A stretch of DNA of 64,000 nt from Candidatus Saccharimonadales bacterium (GTDB lineage: Bacteria > Patescibacteriota > Saccharimonadia > Saccharimonadales > OMJO01): contig JBBQQG010000001.1 in assembly GCA_038216175.1 (NCBI GenBank), positions 10,033 to 74,032 on the forward strand. Reading direction: 5' to 3'. A program made the position numbers and the translations under genes. The notes under the pieces are model-generated. The model had not been told where the DNA came from. It searched no databases and saw nothing but the letters and a program-made list of their open reading frames with translations. Shown here one piece after another: positions 37,508 to 48,651 of the stretch (positions within the stretch are counted from its first letter, which is position 1; every line of letters starts with the position of its first letter).

Positions 37508-40500
37508 TTACTGCAGAGTGGCAAGTGCTTCGGCAGCTTCTATTTCTTCTGGTGATCGATATCCTGTTCCAACTGGAATTCGGCGTCCTAAGATGACATT
37601 TTCTTTAAGACCGAACAAATGGTCGACTTTACCGCTGGTAGCAGCTGCAATTAGGACTCTAGTTGTGTCCTGGAACGAAGCAGCACTTAGGAATGAATCA
37701 GTCGATAGGCTGGCTTTGGTAATACCAAGCAGCAGCTGCGTTACTTTTGCCGGCTGTTTGCCAGCTGAGACAAGTTCTTCGTTAGCTACAACTACAGCCA
37801 GCTTGCTGACAATATCACCAGTGACAAAGGTACTGTCGCCGGCTTCTTCAACTTGAACTCGGCTAAACATCTGACGGACAATAATCTCTAGGTGCTTATC
37901 GGCAATGTTTTGTCCTTGAGAGGCAAAGATTCTTAGAATGTCGTTCATGATGTAGCGCTGAGTTGCTTCGACTCCTTGAAGTCGCATCAGCTCGTGTAAG
38001 TTAATTGAACCGTTAGTTAGTCTCTGACCTGCAACTACTTTGTCGCCGTCTTTTACAACAAGCTGCTTAAAGCTTGGGATCTCGTATTTTTCAACACTCT
38101 TTGATGTCGGAGACAAGGTAATTACTTTCTTAGAGATATCGGCTTTTCCGGCCATAGGAGCGATAAGCGGACTTGATCCGTCTTCTTTAGCAGCAATTAC
38201 GTCGCCGATAGATACATCCGATCCGCTGGCTATTTGAGCTTTGCGGCCATCAAGTTTCAGTTCAATGATTTCAGCGTCGTTAGCTGTAACTTGAACTACA
38301 TAATGCTCGCCTTCTTCCCAGGTTGAAACAAGTCCGGGAATTTCAGCTAGATAGGCTTGTCCCTTTGGTGTTCGTACTTCAAACAGTTCCTCGACACGGG
38401 GAAGTCCAGACGTAATGTCGTCGCCGGCAACTCCTCCTGAGTGGAAAGTCTTAAGCGTCAGCTGGGTACCAGGTTCGCCGATACTCTGAGCAGCAATAAC
38501 ACCGGCCGGGTGGTGTCCGGCTACTAGTTCACCGGTAGCTGGATCAAGACCGTATGATTTGCGACCAACACCCTTAACACTGGTACAGCTAAGTACGCTC
38601 ATGATCTTTACGCCGTCAAGTTCTTCATTTGCGTCGATTTCTTCGGCCATTTGTTTGGAAATTAGCTGACCTTTTTTGACTATGCCTTTTACTTCTTCGG
38701 CAGTGAATCGTCCTACTAAACGAGATGCGTAAGGAACGCCGATTTCGGCTGAGTCGGAACGATAAATTGCAAAACCGGGATCGTCAACTTCTTCGTCAAG
38801 CGTAAATACATCTTGTGAAACATCAACTAGACGGCGAGTTAGGTAGCCTGAGTCAGCGGTTTTAAGTGCGGTGTCAATCATACCTTTTCTAGCACCTCTA
38901 GTAGCCGTAAAGTATTCTAGAGGTGAAAGTCCTGACATATAGTTAGATCTAATCGGCAGTTCAATTGACCGTCCAGTTGCATCGGTGGTAACACCAAGCA
39001 GTCCAACGGCAGTCATAACTTGTCCAATATTTCCTCTGGCTCCAGATACTACAGCAATCGACATTGAACTGTCTTCTTCGGCAAACTGGGCGCTCAATGT
39101 CTGCTGGACAAAGTTAGTCGTATTTGTCCAAGTTTCGACGGTTAAACGGTAGCGCTCTTCATCAGTAATGAATCCTTGGTCGTATTGTTCAGCAATTTCT
39201 GCAGTCTTGTCCTGACCCTCATCGAGTATGCCTTTTAAGCCTTTAATTTCGTTAAAGTCACCCATTCCCATAGATATTCCGGACCTTGTGGCGTAGACGA
39301 ATCCGATGTCCTTTAGATCATCGGCAATTTCTGCAGTCTTGTCCTGGCCATACATTGCGTAGGCTAGTGCCATAGCTGCACCGAGACGTTTTTTAGTCAT
39401 CGCTTCGTCGAGGAAAGGAAAGTCTTCTGGGAATATTTCGTTAAACAGCATTCGGCCAAATGTAGTTGTTCGAACTTCACCTCTAAACGGTGCTCTAACT
39501 GGACTTTGAAGTGTCAGCGAACCGGCGTCGTATGCCATCAGTGCTTCTTCAATTGATGCAAAAGCTTTTACTTTCTTACTGGCACCTGGTCGGTCGTATG
39601 TCAAGTAGTAGCAGCCAAGCACGATATCTTGTTCAATATGTAAAATCGGTGAGCCATCAGCTGGTTTAAGAAGATTACGGTTACTAGCCATAATTTCTCT
39701 AGCTTCGTTCTGAGCAGCGTCAGAAAGTGGCAAGTGAACTGCCATTTGGTCGCCGTCAAAGTCAGCATTAAAACCTTTACAGACAAGCGGGTGAAGTTGG
39801 ATGGCTTTACCTTCAATTAGTACTGGTTGGAAAGCCTGGATACTTAAACGGTGAAGCGAAGGAGCTCGGTTAAGTAGCACGTATTTGCCCTTGATTACTT
39901 CGTCTAGTGCATCCCAGACTTCGGTTTCACCGGTTTCAATCATCCTAGTAGCTGATCGAATATTATGAGCGTGCTCATTAACAATCAGGTGTCCTATGAC
40001 GAATGGTTTGAATAGTTCAAGCGCCATCATCTTAGGCAGGCCGCACTGGCTTATTTTAAGTTCCGGTCCGGCAACAATTACTGATCGGCCGGAGTAGTCG
40101 ACTCGTTTTCCAAGCAAGTTTTGACGGAAACGTCCCTGCTTGCCTTTTAACATGTCAGATAGACTCTTGAGTCGTCGCCTCTGTCCGGTGGCAGCCACTG
40201 CTCGGCCGGAACGGGCACTGTTGTTGTCGATTAGAGCGTCGACAGCTTCTTGGAGCATTCTTTGTTCGTTTCGTCTAATTACTTCCGGGGCATTTAAATC
40301 GATAAGTTTCTTGAGCCGATTGTTACGGTTAATCACTCTTCGGTATAGATCGTTTAAATCGCTGGTTGCGAATCGTCCGCCGGTTAATTGAACCATTGGT
40401 CGAAGATCTGGAGGAATAACAGGTAGAACCGTCATACACATGCTGTTAGGCTTTATGCCGGCCCGCTCCATACTCTCAAGCAGTCTAAGCCGCTTCATTA

Positions 40501-41317
40501 TCTTCTTTTTCCTTTGGCCTTTAGCTTCTTCAGTTTCAATATCTAGTTCAGCGATTAGCTTCGACAAATCAATTTCATCGAGCAGTTCTTTTAGGGCTGC
40601 ACCGCCCATTCCGACAGTGATTAGTGATCTAAGATCGTCAGGCAGCGACCGGTAATCGGTTTCAGATATAAGTCTTAGCTTTTCTAAACTGTCAAACTGA
40701 ACTTTTAATGCGTCAAATTCTTTTGACAACTCTTCTAGTTCTTTAGTCTGCATTTCAGCCAGTGCTTTAACGTTGGCATTCTCGGCTTCAGCTTCTTTGG
40801 CAAATCGCAGTTTAATCGCTTCTGATCCAGCATTAAACTCGGCTTCCTTATCGGCAAGCATTTGGTTTCGTTTGTCGCTGTTAACCGACTTTATGATGTA
40901 GCTGGCAAAGTATGCCACTCGCTCTAGGTTTTTTACTGTCATACCAAGTAGTAGTCCGATAGCTGACGGTGTACCACGCAGGAACCAAATGTGAGCAACA
41001 GGAGCAGCCAGGCTGATATGGCCCATTCGCTCTCGTCTGACAATTGATTTTGTGACAATTTCACCGTTTTTATCAATCGCTGCTTCCCTCGATCTTACGC
41101 CTTTATATTTTGCGTCGTGCGGATTTATATCTTTAACTGGTCCGAAGATCCTTTCGCAGAATAGTCCGTCGCGCTCTGGTTTTTGAGTTCGGTAGTTAAT
41201 CGTTTCTGGTTTTGTCACTTCGCCGTGACTCCAATCGAGAATATCGGTCGGACTGGCTACTGCTAGTCTTACGGCATCAAAATCGGCAATGTTGGTTCCG
41301 TATGAATATCGTCTCAT
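37508..41317 (-). CDS. rpoC: DNA-directed RNA polymerase subunit beta'
   Basis: NADFDGDQMAVH catalytic motif. Start set to the ATG at 41317 (MRRYSYG), with a GAGGAGG SD and 1 nt after the rpoB stop. Confidence 0.97.
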   Translation of the reverse strand: MRRYSYGTNIADFDAVRLAVASPTDILDWSHGEVTKPETINYRTQKPERDGLFCERIFGPVKDINPHDAKYKGVRSREAAIDKNGEIVTKSIVRRERMGHISLAAPVAHIWFLRGTPSAIGLLLGMTVKNLERVAYFASYIIKSVNSDKRNQMLADKEAEFNAGSEAIKLRFAKEAEAENANVKALAEMQTKELEELSKEFDALKVQFDSLEKLRLISETDYRSLPDDLRSLITVGMGGAALKELLDEIDLSKLIAELDIETEEAKGQRKKKIMKRLRLLESMERAGIKPNSMCMTVLPVIPPDLRPMVQLTGGRFATSDLNDLYRRVINRNNRLKKLIDLNAPEVIRRNEQRMLQEAVDALIDNNSARSGRAVAATGQRRRLKSLSDMLKGKQGRFRQNLLGKRVDYSGRSVIVAGPELKISQCGLPKMMALELFKPFVIGHLIVNEHAHNIRSATRMIETGETEVWDALDEVIKGKYVLLNRAPSLHRLSIQAFQPVLIEGKAIQLHPLVCKGFNADFDGDQMAVHLPLSDAAQNEAREIMASNRNLLKPADGSPILHIEQDIVLGCYYLTYDRPGASKKVKAFASIEEALMAYDAGSLTLQSPVRAPFRGEVRTTTFGRMLFNEIFPEDFPFLDEAMTKKRLGAAMALAYAMYGQDKTAEIADDLKDIGFVYATRSGISMGMGDFNEIKGLKGILDEGQDKTAEIAEQYDQGFITDEERYRLTVETWTNTTNFVQQTLSAQFAEEDSSMSIAVVSGARGNIGQVMTAVGLLGVTTDATGRSIELPIRSNYMSGLSPLEYFTATRGARKGMIDTALKTADSGYLTRRLVDVSQDVFTLDEEVDDPGFAIYRSDSAEIGVPYASRLVGRFTAEEVKGIVKKGQLISKQMAEEIDANEELDGVKIMSVLSCTSVKGVGRKSYGLDPATGELVAGHHPAGVIAAQSIGEPGTQLTLKTFHSGGVAGDDITSGLPRVEELFEVRTPKGQAYLAEIPGLVSTWEEGEHYVVQVTANDAEIIELKLDGRKAQIASGSDVSIGDVIAAKEDGSSPLIAPMAGKADISKKVITLSPTSKSVEKYEIPSFKQLVVKDGDKVVAGQRLTNGSINLHELMRLQGVEATQRYIMNDILRIFASQGQNIADKHLEIIVRQMFSRVQVEEAGDSTFVTGDIVSKLAVVVANEELVSAGKQPAKVTQLLLGITKASLSTDSFLSAASFQDTTRVLIAAATSGKVDHLFGLKENVILGRRIPVGTGYRSPEEIEAAEALATLQ

Positions 41318-41318
41318 A

Positions 41319-44300
41319 TTAAACCTCCTCGCTTTCTTCGCTAACATTAATCGAGGCGGTTGTCGCGTCGTATTCTTCATTTTCCATTCCGGCAGTTGGC
41401 TCGGTCGGCAGTGTATCTTGAAGTTCTAATACCATGAACTCATCGACTGCAGCATCAACAGAAACATCGACGTCTGAAGTTGAAGGAGCTGGTACATCGA
41501 CGTCAGCAAGGTGAGTAGCTTCGTCTTTAATATTTTCAGCTAGTACTGCTTCGGCATCGATTACTTCGTCTGATACTATCAGGTCAACTTTAAGTCCAAG
41601 ACCCTGAAGTTCTTTTACAAGAACGTTAAAGCTCTCAGGTACTTTCGGTCCGACAATTTCAGTCTGCTTGATGATCGATTCGTATGCTTTCGATCGTCCA
41701 TAAACGTCGTCTGATTTGATCGTTAGCATTTCCTGCAAAGTATTGCTGGCACCGTAGGCTTCTAGAGCCCAAACTTCCATTTCGCCAAATCTTTGGCCAC
41801 CGTTTTGGGCTTTTCCACCTAGTGGCTGCTGAGTAACCATTGTGTATGGTCCAGTAGAACGAGCGTGGATCTTATCGGCGATCATATGGTTTAGTTTGAT
41901 CATATACATCGATCCGACAGTCGTTCGCTCAAAGAAGGCATCGCCGGTTCGTCCATCGAAAAGTTGCTGCTTACCGTCTTCTGGTAGTCCTGCTTGTTTT
42001 AGCAGATCATGAATCTGAACGATTGATACTCCATTAAAAGCTGGGCTAGCTACCTTCATACCAAGTGCTCTGGCTGCCATACCTAAGTGAGTTTCAAATA
42101 ACTGGCCAATGTTCATTCTACTAGGTACACCTAGCGGGTTTAGTACAATATCAACAGATGTTCCATCGGCTGTAAATGGCATATCTTCAACTGGTAGAAT
42201 ACGGGCAATAACACCTTTGTTACCATGCCTTCCGCCTAGTTTGTCGCCGACAGCTATTTTTCGCATCTGGGCAACGAACACCTGAATCTGCATAATTACG
42301 CCGGCTTTTAGCTCATGTCCGTTAGCCCGGCTAAATACTTTTACGCCGACTACTTTTCCGTGCTTGCCGTTACTCATTCTTTGCGACGTATCACGGACTT
42401 CTTTAGCTTTTTCACCGAATATTGCTCTTAGCAGTCGTTCTTCTGAGCTTAGTTCCTGTTCGCCTTTTGGAGTAATCTTTCCGACTAATATGTCGCCGGG
42501 GTGTACTTCGGCACCAATTCTAACTATTCCGTCTTCATCAAGGTGTCTTAGTGCGTCTTCTGAAACATTAGGAATATCTCTCGTAACTATTTCTGGTCCC
42601 AGTTTAGTTTCTCGAACTTCAACCATGAAATCTACAATATGAACTGATGTCAGGGTGTCATCTTCGACTAGTTTTCTGGAGATAATGATGGCATCTTCGA
42701 AGTTATATCCGCTCCAAGGCATAAATGCGACTAGCAAATCTTTTCCAAGCGCTAATTCGCCACCTTCAATCGACATTCCTTCGATTAATGAATCGCCTTC
42801 TTTTACCGTTTGGCCGCTCGATACTACGACACGCTGGTTAATACTAGTACCTTCGTTTGATCTTATGTAATGCTGAGGTCTGTAAGTTACACTACCTTCT
42901 TTATACTTAACGATTACTTCGTCAGCATTTGCTAGTGACACCTCGCCGTCGGCTTCAGCAACAATTAACTGTCCGGTGTTTCTAGCGGCTGTAGTTTCCA
43001 TGCCAGTTCCGACAATTGGTGCACTAGGCTTAACTAGCGGTACTGCTTGACGCTGTTGGTTGCTGCCCATAAGTGAGCGGTAAACGTAGTTTTTTTCAAT
43101 AAATGGAATTAAACCGGCACTTGAGCCGATAATCTGCATTCTCGATGCGTCCATATGGGTGACGTCGTCGGCATCAACTTCACCGGCTTGAAGCTTTGTT
43201 CTTGCTGAAACACGGTTTAGTAGAAAGTGTCCTTTTTCGTCGTAGTCTTCCGATGCGTTTACGATAACTGCCGATTCTTCCTGTGATGCGTCCAGATAAA
43301 CAACGTCGCGGGTAACTCTGGCTTTTACGGGCCAGGTTGCCCGGTTTTTTACAGCTGCCAGTTTTTTAGCTTGATCGGCAGTAATAACTTGACCGGCTTT
43401 TACGATAGTCGTCCCTTTTTCGTCTTCTAGATTAACCGAAGCAATCTCACCAGCTGCATCTTTTGCAGGCACGGCACTGACTACTATCCGGTAAGGAGTT
43501 TCGATAAATCCATAGTCGTTAATTCGGGCATGGCAAGCTAGATTAAGTACTAATCCGATGTTGGCACCTTCAGGAGTTTCTACAGCACAAATTCGTCCGT
43601 AGTGGGTAGCGTGGGCATCACGAACTTCAAATCCAGCACGTTCTCTCGATAATCCGCCTGGGCCCATAGAACTGAGTCGTCTTTTATGAGCTAGTTCACT
43701 CAGCGGATTAATCTGGTCCATAAACTGTGATAGCTGACTGCTAGCAAAAAATTCCCTTACGGCTGCCACAATTGGACGGGCGTTTATAAGCTGAGCTGGT
43801 GTAACTGTTTCAATTTCGCACATGCTCATACGGTCTTTTGTGTTTCGCTCCATTCGAAGCAGACCAATTCTAAACTGACGCTGAACTAGTTCGCCGACTA
43901 ATTTAACCCGTCTGTTAGCTAGGCTGTCGATATCGTCAGCTGGTTCCTGAGTATTATTTAGTCTAATGATCTCGGCAATTATTGCCGTTAGATCTTCCAG
44001 ACGCATAATTCTATTTTCAATTGTGTTTGAAATATCTAGATCGAGCCGTTTGTTGATCTTATATCTTCCGACGCGGCTAAAATCAAAACGTTTGAAATTA
44101 TAAAACATGTTCTCTAGCAGGCTGCGAGCGTTATCAACAGTCGCAAGGTCGCCTGGTCGCAGACGTCGGTAAACTTCGATCAAGGCATCATTGGCACCTT
44201 TAGTCGGATCTTTTTCGATTGTCTGCTCGATATAGCTGGTTTTACCGGAGTCGACGTGTTTGAAAGTATCTTTCATATGAGCGTCTGTTAAACCGAGTGC

Positions 44301-44897
44301 CCGCATTAATGTAGTAACTGCAATTTTTCTTTTTCGGTCGATTTTAACGAATATAGCACCGGAGGCAGCTGTTTCGAATTCTAGCCAAGCTCCGCGTCCC
44401 GGTATTACTTTGGCACCATATAAGTTGTGCGTTCCATGGGCATCAGATGTAAAGAAAACACCGGCTGAGCGGATTAGCTGTGACACTACAACACGCTCGG
44501 CACCGTTTATTACAAATGTACCGCGGTCGGTCATCCAAGGATAGTCTCCTAGGTATATTTCTTGTTCTTTTACTTCACCAGTTACTTTATTTGTCAGCTC
44601 GACAGTTGCTTTCAGCGGAGCTTCGAAGCTTACGTTATTTTCTCTAGCTTCAGATTCTGGTACTTTAGGCGGTTCAAACCGGTAGTCTTTAAATGATAAT
44701 GATAATTTTGTTCCGGTATAGTCGTCGATCGGACTTATTTCGGCAAGCAGTTCACCGAGTCCTTCGTCTACGAACCACTGGAAAGAGCGGTTTTGATGAT
44801 CTACCAGGTTTGGCAGGTCGATTACGTCGTCTGTTTTGGTAAAGAACTTGCGCGTCGACGGCGCAATTTTAGCGGACTTACTTGCAGTTTTAGCCAT
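41319..44897 (-). CDS. rpoB: DNA-directed RNA polymerase subunit beta (acidic C-terminal tail)
   Basis: Full-length beta subunit signatures (e.g. GRHGNKGV, FGEMEVWALEAYGA). Confidence 0.97.
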   Translation of the reverse strand: MAKTASKSAKIAPSTRKFFTKTDDVIDLPNLVDHQNRSFQWFVDEGLGELLAEISPIDDYTGTKLSLSFKDYRFEPPKVPESEARENNVSFEAPLKATVELTNKVTGEVKEQEIYLGDYPWMTDRGTFVINGAERVVVSQLIRSAGVFFTSDAHGTHNLYGAKVIPGRGAWLEFETAASGAIFVKIDRKRKIAVTTLMRALGLTDAHMKDTFKHVDSGKTSYIEQTIEKDPTKGANDALIEVYRRLRPGDLATVDNARSLLENMFYNFKRFDFSRVGRYKINKRLDLDISNTIENRIMRLEDLTAIIAEIIRLNNTQEPADDIDSLANRRVKLVGELVQRQFRIGLLRMERNTKDRMSMCEIETVTPAQLINARPIVAAVREFFASSQLSQFMDQINPLSELAHKRRLSSMGPGGLSRERAGFEVRDAHATHYGRICAVETPEGANIGLVLNLACHARINDYGFIETPYRIVVSAVPAKDAAGEIASVNLEDEKGTTIVKAGQVITADQAKKLAAVKNRATWPVKARVTRDVVYLDASQEESAVIVNASEDYDEKGHFLLNRVSARTKLQAGEVDADDVTHMDASRMQIIGSSAGLIPFIEKNYVYRSLMGSNQQRQAVPLVKPSAPIVGTGMETTAARNTGQLIVAEADGEVSLANADEVIVKYKEGSVTYRPQHYIRSNEGTSINQRVVVSSGQTVKEGDSLIEGMSIEGGELALGKDLLVAFMPWSGYNFEDAIIISRKLVEDDTLTSVHIVDFMVEVRETKLGPEIVTRDIPNVSEDALRHLDEDGIVRIGAEVHPGDILVGKITPKGEQELSSEERLLRAIFGEKAKEVRDTSQRMSNGKHGKVVGVKVFSRANGHELKAGVIMQIQVFVAQMRKIAVGDKLGGRHGNKGVIARILPVEDMPFTADGTSVDIVLNPLGVPSRMNIGQLFETHLGMAARALGMKVASPAFNGVSIVQIHDLLKQAGLPEDGKQQLFDGRTGDAFFERTTVGSMYMIKLNHMIADKIHARSTGPYTMVTQQPLGGKAQNGGQRFGEMEVWALEAYGASNTLQEMLTIKSDDVYGRSKAYESIIKQTEIVGPKVPESFNVLVKELQGLGLKVDLIVSDEVIDAEAVLAENIKDEATHLADVDVPAPSTSDVDVSVDAAVDEFMVLELQDTLPTEPTAGMENEEYDATTASINVSEESEEV

Positions 44898-45129
44898 AAG
44901 CTAAGCACTCCCATTACTTCTTACCGGAATCAAATTAAAAGACTTACATCTTAAAAGTTATATTACCGGCTAATTAAAATAGATTAGTAGATGTTGTAAT
45001 TTTGCGTGCGAAGATCACTACTCTGGGGTTTTTGGAGCAAATTGTGAACAACAACCGCACTACCCTTTGTACACTACTTCTTAGTTACTAGTTTGATAGA
45101 TTTATTTGCTAAAGTCAAGTCTATTATTA

Positions 45130-45885
45130 CTAGATCTTGATTCTATCTTTAAGCCACGGCTTCTTATGTTCTAAAATTTTAATTAACTGTCCGACCGGTT
45201 CTCCAAGGAACATAGTTTGAGGCAACTTATACTTTCCAAACATATGGCCGCCATCAGTTATCTGTTTATTTGGAGCGAAGCTTAGTCGACCTAGCCATTC
45301 AACCGTTTTCTTGTTAAAAGGAAATTCATAAATCAGTGTTTCCATATCTGGAGGAAAGAAATCTAGAGCCGACCTAAGTAGGGCTGAGCCGATACCTCTG
45401 CTTTGTAGTGGAAAAGTGCTGATTACGTCGGTCGGTCTGACAAATATATTACTAACGTCAGCTAACGATTCCCGCGGTATAACTTTAAATAAATCTGTCC
45501 TCGGCTGCTCGTTAGCTTTGGCTATACCAACTGTTTTTCGATCGGCGTTTCTGGCGTTTTCTGGCCCTAATGGCATCCAGGCCTTTAGATATACCGGTTT
45601 GCCGACGTTATACTGTGTGATTCCTGGGTCGCGGGACGAGCCTTTTATTCGGTCCAGTTGGGCATTTACTAGTTTTGGATCATTTGGATCAACCGATTGT
45701 GCGATTTGTTCAGGGCGGTACAAATGTTCAAATTGTTTAGTCCAGGCATCATGCATAACTGACTGGACAGCTACGGCATCGTCAATTAAATTTGGTGCAT
45801 TGGGATCGATAACAGTGACATTAAACGGATGAAGCATTTTATAACTAGCTTCCGGATTGTCATATGAATAATTAGCTACTGCCAC
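45130..45885 (-). CDS. GNAT-family N-acetyltransferase with an unknown N-terminal region
   Basis: Motif A LQSRGIGSALLRSAL in the C-terminal half. Confidence 0.5.
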   Translation of the reverse strand: MAVANYSYDNPEASYKMLHPFNVTVIDPNAPNLIDDAVAVQSVMHDAWTKQFEHLYRPEQIAQSVDPNDPKLVNAQLDRIKGSSRDPGITQYNVGKPVYLKAWMPLGPENARNADRKTVGIAKANEQPRTDLFKVIPRESLADVSNIFVRPTDVISTFPLQSRGIGSALLRSALDFFPPDMETLIYEFPFNKKTVEWLGRLSFAPNKQITDGGHMFGKYKLPQTMFLGEPVGQLIKILEHKKPWLKDRIKI

Positions 45886-45953
45886 ATAAATCTCCTCTTA
45901 ATAAGAGATTTATTATAACAGCTTATTGCATTCTAGTGTAATACTTAGCCCAG

Positions 45954-46544
45954 TTACGGCTTTATAACGTGATCAACGACGCCGTATTTTTTAGCTTCTT
46001 CGGCTGGCATCCAATAATCGCGTTCCATGTCGTCTTGAATCTGCTTGACGGTTTTTCCTGTGTTTTTTGCCATAATCTCATTTAGTCGGTGTTTGATTCT
46101 TAAAGATTCTTTGAGATCGATTTCCATATCGGTAACTTTACCTCGTGTACCGCTGCTTGGCTGGTGAATCATAACAGTACCGTTTGGTAGAATTGAGCGT
46201 TTGTCTTTAGCACCTGAACTAAGTAGAAATGCCGCTGCACTAGCCTGCACGCCGATTCCGACTGTTTGGATATCGGCTTTAACAAACTGCATTGTGTCAT
46301 AAATCGCCAGTGCATCGTAGACACTTCCTCCGGGACTATTGATATAAAGATAGATGTCTTTTTTAGAGTCTTGGTTATCTAAAAATAGCAGCTGGGCTAC
46401 GATTAAGTTGGCTGTGTGCTCGTTAACGTCGGTACCTAAAAAGATTATCCGGTCTTTTAGCAGTCTCGAATAAATATCATATGCCCGTTCGACGCGGCCT
46501 TCGTTTTCTATAACAGTTGGTATCAAAATTGAATTACTTGGCAT
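45954..46544 (-). CDS. clpP: ATP-dependent Clp protease proteolytic subunit
   Basis: Typical ClpP sequence (RIIFLG...[19 protein letters not shown]...MIHQP). AAGGAGGG SD. Confidence 0.95.
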   Translation of the reverse strand: MPSNSILIPTVIENEGRVERAYDIYSRLLKDRIIFLGTDVNEHTANLIVAQLLFLDNQDSKKDIYLYINSPGGSVYDALAIYDTMQFVKADIQTVGIGVQASAAAFLLSSGAKDKRSILPNGTVMIHQPSSGTRGKVTDMEIDLKESLRIKHRLNEIMAKNTGKTVKQIQDDMERDYWMPAEEAKKYGVVDHVIKP

Positions 46545-46579
46545 TATTGCCCTCCTTGTAATTACTATGATACTAAAAC

Positions 46580-46604
46580 TAGCACTCTCAAGTCAAGAGT
46601 GCTA
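46580..46604 (-). terminator. rho-independent terminator between the 84-aa ORF and clpP
   Basis: 9-bp stem TAGCACTCT/AGAGTGCTA with a 7-nt loop. On the minus strand it is followed by GTTTTAGT. Confidence 0.5.
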
Positions 46605-46614
46605 ATTTAAAATG

Positions 46615-46869
46615 TTAACTGTCTTTTTGATGTCCAATTCGGCTGCCAATTGCACCGGCAGCAACGAGAATTAGCGCACCGATTCCGAATGTTGGCAGTA
46701 CTTCTGCTATATGATTTGTCGCAATTTCTATTACTTCAGTCGTTAAAAAACTAATGCCAACGGCAGCTACAGTTACACCTGCGCCTAATTTAATTAAATG
46801 GTTTCTGTTGTCATGGTGTTCGACTTGCAGGCGTCTAGTATTTTCGACAGATTCGTTAAATGTATTCAT
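46615..46869 (-). CDS. small membrane protein (hypothetical, 84 aa)
   Basis: Two hydrophobic helices. Lies between tig and clpP. Confidence 0.45.
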   Translation of the reverse strand: MNTFNESVENTRRLQVEHHDNRNHLIKLGAGVTVAAVGISFLTTEVIEIATNHIAEVLPTFGIGALILVAAGAIGSRIGHQKDS

Positions 46870-46881
46870 ATTTTGTAATAA

Positions 46882-48156
46882 TTAACTATATGACCGTAGT
46901 TTATCTAGAGTTTTCTCGGTAAGCAGTCTAGAAGCGATATCTCGCCTTGCTTCCGGCTTTTCGAGCTCAGCCTGCATCGGCTGATCTTTATATTGACCTT
47001 TTAGTAGCTGCATTCTGATTTCTAATTCCTCAGGTGTTACAGTCAGTTTTTCTTGTTCGGCAATCTCAGACAAAACCAGTCCGGCTTTTACTCGTTCTTT
47101 AGCTCCCGGCTCTAGTTCTTTTTTTAGCTCGTCTTCAGTTTTACCTTCTTCAGCTAAATATTCTGGGAAGGTCTGGCCGCGGTAGGTTAGGTTCTGTTTT
47201 AGTTCAGCTAGCGTTCTTTCGATTTGTTCGTCGATCAGTACCTGCGGCACAGTCGCTTTACTTTGCTCGGTGATTTGTTTTACTAGTTCAGCTTCGTGAT
47301 TTCCATCGGCTTCATTTTGTCTTTCTATTTTAAGCTGGGTTTTAATATCTGTTTTTAGCTCTTTAACTGTTTTAAATGGTCCGGCTTTAGTTGCAAACTC
47401 ATCATTAACTTCTGGTGGGATGACTTCATTAATCTGATTTACAGTAATTGTAAAAGTGACGTCTTTAGATGCCAGTGCTTTTACGCCGTAGTCTTTGGGA
47501 AACTTTATTGTAAAAGTTTTAAGCTCGCTTGGCATAAGCCCAATAACTTCATCTTCAAATCCCGGTATAAAAGAATTGCTGCCTAGAACTAACGTATAAT
47601 CTTTGCCGTCGGCGCCGTTTATAGCTTTTCCGTCTTTGTCGACCCCTTTAAAATCTAGTGTCACTTCATCGCCGTTCTTTGCTGCCCGTGTTACCGGCTT
47701 TTTTTCACCTAACTGTTTTTGGAGTGATTCAACTACGTTGTCAACATCTTTTTCGGTAATCTTAACCTCGGTTTTTTCAACCTTTATTGCCTTATAGTCG
47801 GGCAGAACTACTTTTCCAAGTACTGATACTTCTGCGTCAAATTCTAAAATAGTATAAGGCACGAACTTTTTTAGATTTACTACCGGGCGGTCGACCGGTC
47901 GCAGCTTTACTTCAGCAGCGGCTGCCTGGTATAAGTGATTGACTGCTTCTTCTAGAAATTCTGTTTGCAATGCCTGCTGGTCGACGTTTTTCTCGACCAT
48001 AGATATTGGTGCTTTGCCTTCTCTAAAGCCAGGAAGTTTTACCTTATCGACAAAGTGCGTTAGTACGTGGTCTTTAAGTGAAATAATTTCAGCTAGGTCA
48101 GCTACAATTATTAGCTTCACTTTTGAATCAGAAATAGTTTCCTTTGTCACCTTCAT
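46882..48156 (-). CDS. tig: trigger factor
   Basis: N-terminal ribosome-binding region (GFREGKAP), a central PPIase-like domain and the tig-clpP arrangement. Confidence 0.9.
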   Translation of the reverse strand: MKVTKETISDSKVKLIIVADLAEIISLKDHVLTHFVDKVKLPGFREGKAPISMVEKNVDQQALQTEFLEEAVNHLYQAAAAEVKLRPVDRPVVNLKKFVPYTILEFDAEVSVLGKVVLPDYKAIKVEKTEVKITEKDVDNVVESLQKQLGEKKPVTRAAKNGDEVTLDFKGVDKDGKAINGADGKDYTLVLGSNSFIPGFEDEVIGLMPSELKTFTIKFPKDYGVKALASKDVTFTITVNQINEVIPPEVNDEFATKAGPFKTVKELKTDIKTQLKIERQNEADGNHEAELVKQITEQSKATVPQVLIDEQIERTLAELKQNLTYRGQTFPEYLAEEGKTEDELKKELEPGAKERVKAGLVLSEIAEQEKLTVTPEELEIRMQLLKGQYKDQPMQAELEKPEARRDIASRLLTEKTLDKLRSYS

Positions 48157-48198
48157 AGAAGGATATGCTAACAGACTGACTCGTTTTTTTCCAGTAGA

Positions 48199-48651
48199 TT
48201 AGCGTGATAAAACTGGCACAAGGAGATAGGTTGCGCCAATAAACCAGATAAATTCAAATATCCAACCATATGCCCGCTCGCCCCATTGAATCCAAGATAA
48301 AAATCTAATTAAAGGATACTTTTTCTTTGCTTTTTTACGCCTTAGCTCGTCAATCCAATAAGGTAGCCAAAGCAGATCTGGGCTGGCCGCTACTACTCCG
48401 CAGATTAATAATAAAAACCAGTGCGTCGGTATAGCAAATAAAACAGTTAGAAGCACAATTAGTGCGACAATTGCGTCACTTGCTACAATTAACTTAAATT
48501 TGGACGATCTATGGGGTAGCTTGTCGTCGCCGTAATGAGGCAAACTATCTAAAACTAAATGGGAGGCTAGTGCTAACGGTATTGCTACTAAAGGATGTGG
48601 GTAGGCAGCGGCCACTAATATTCCGGTTATCGTGTGATTTGTGGCTGTCAC
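48199..48651 (-). CDS. membrane protein, YdjM/DUF457-like metal-dependent hydrolase family
   Basis: HLVLDSLPHYGD motif in a multi-TM protein. GTG start overlaps the hisS TGA (GTGA). Confidence 0.4.
   Translation of the reverse strand: MTATNHTITGILVAAAYPHPLVAIPLALASHLVLDSLPHYGDDKLPHRSSKFKLIVASDAIVALIVLLTVLFAIPTHWFLLLICGVVAASPDLLWLPYWIDELRRKKAKKKYPLIRFLSWIQWGERAYGWIFEFIWFIGATYLLVPVLSR

Noticed and set aside
48648-48651. Possibility of an alternative genetic code (UGA as sense), as in some CPR lineages.
   Set aside because: TGA terminates hisS at its expected C-terminus. TGA also ends the RelE-like frame at 2040-2042. No conserved gene needs read-through of TGA.
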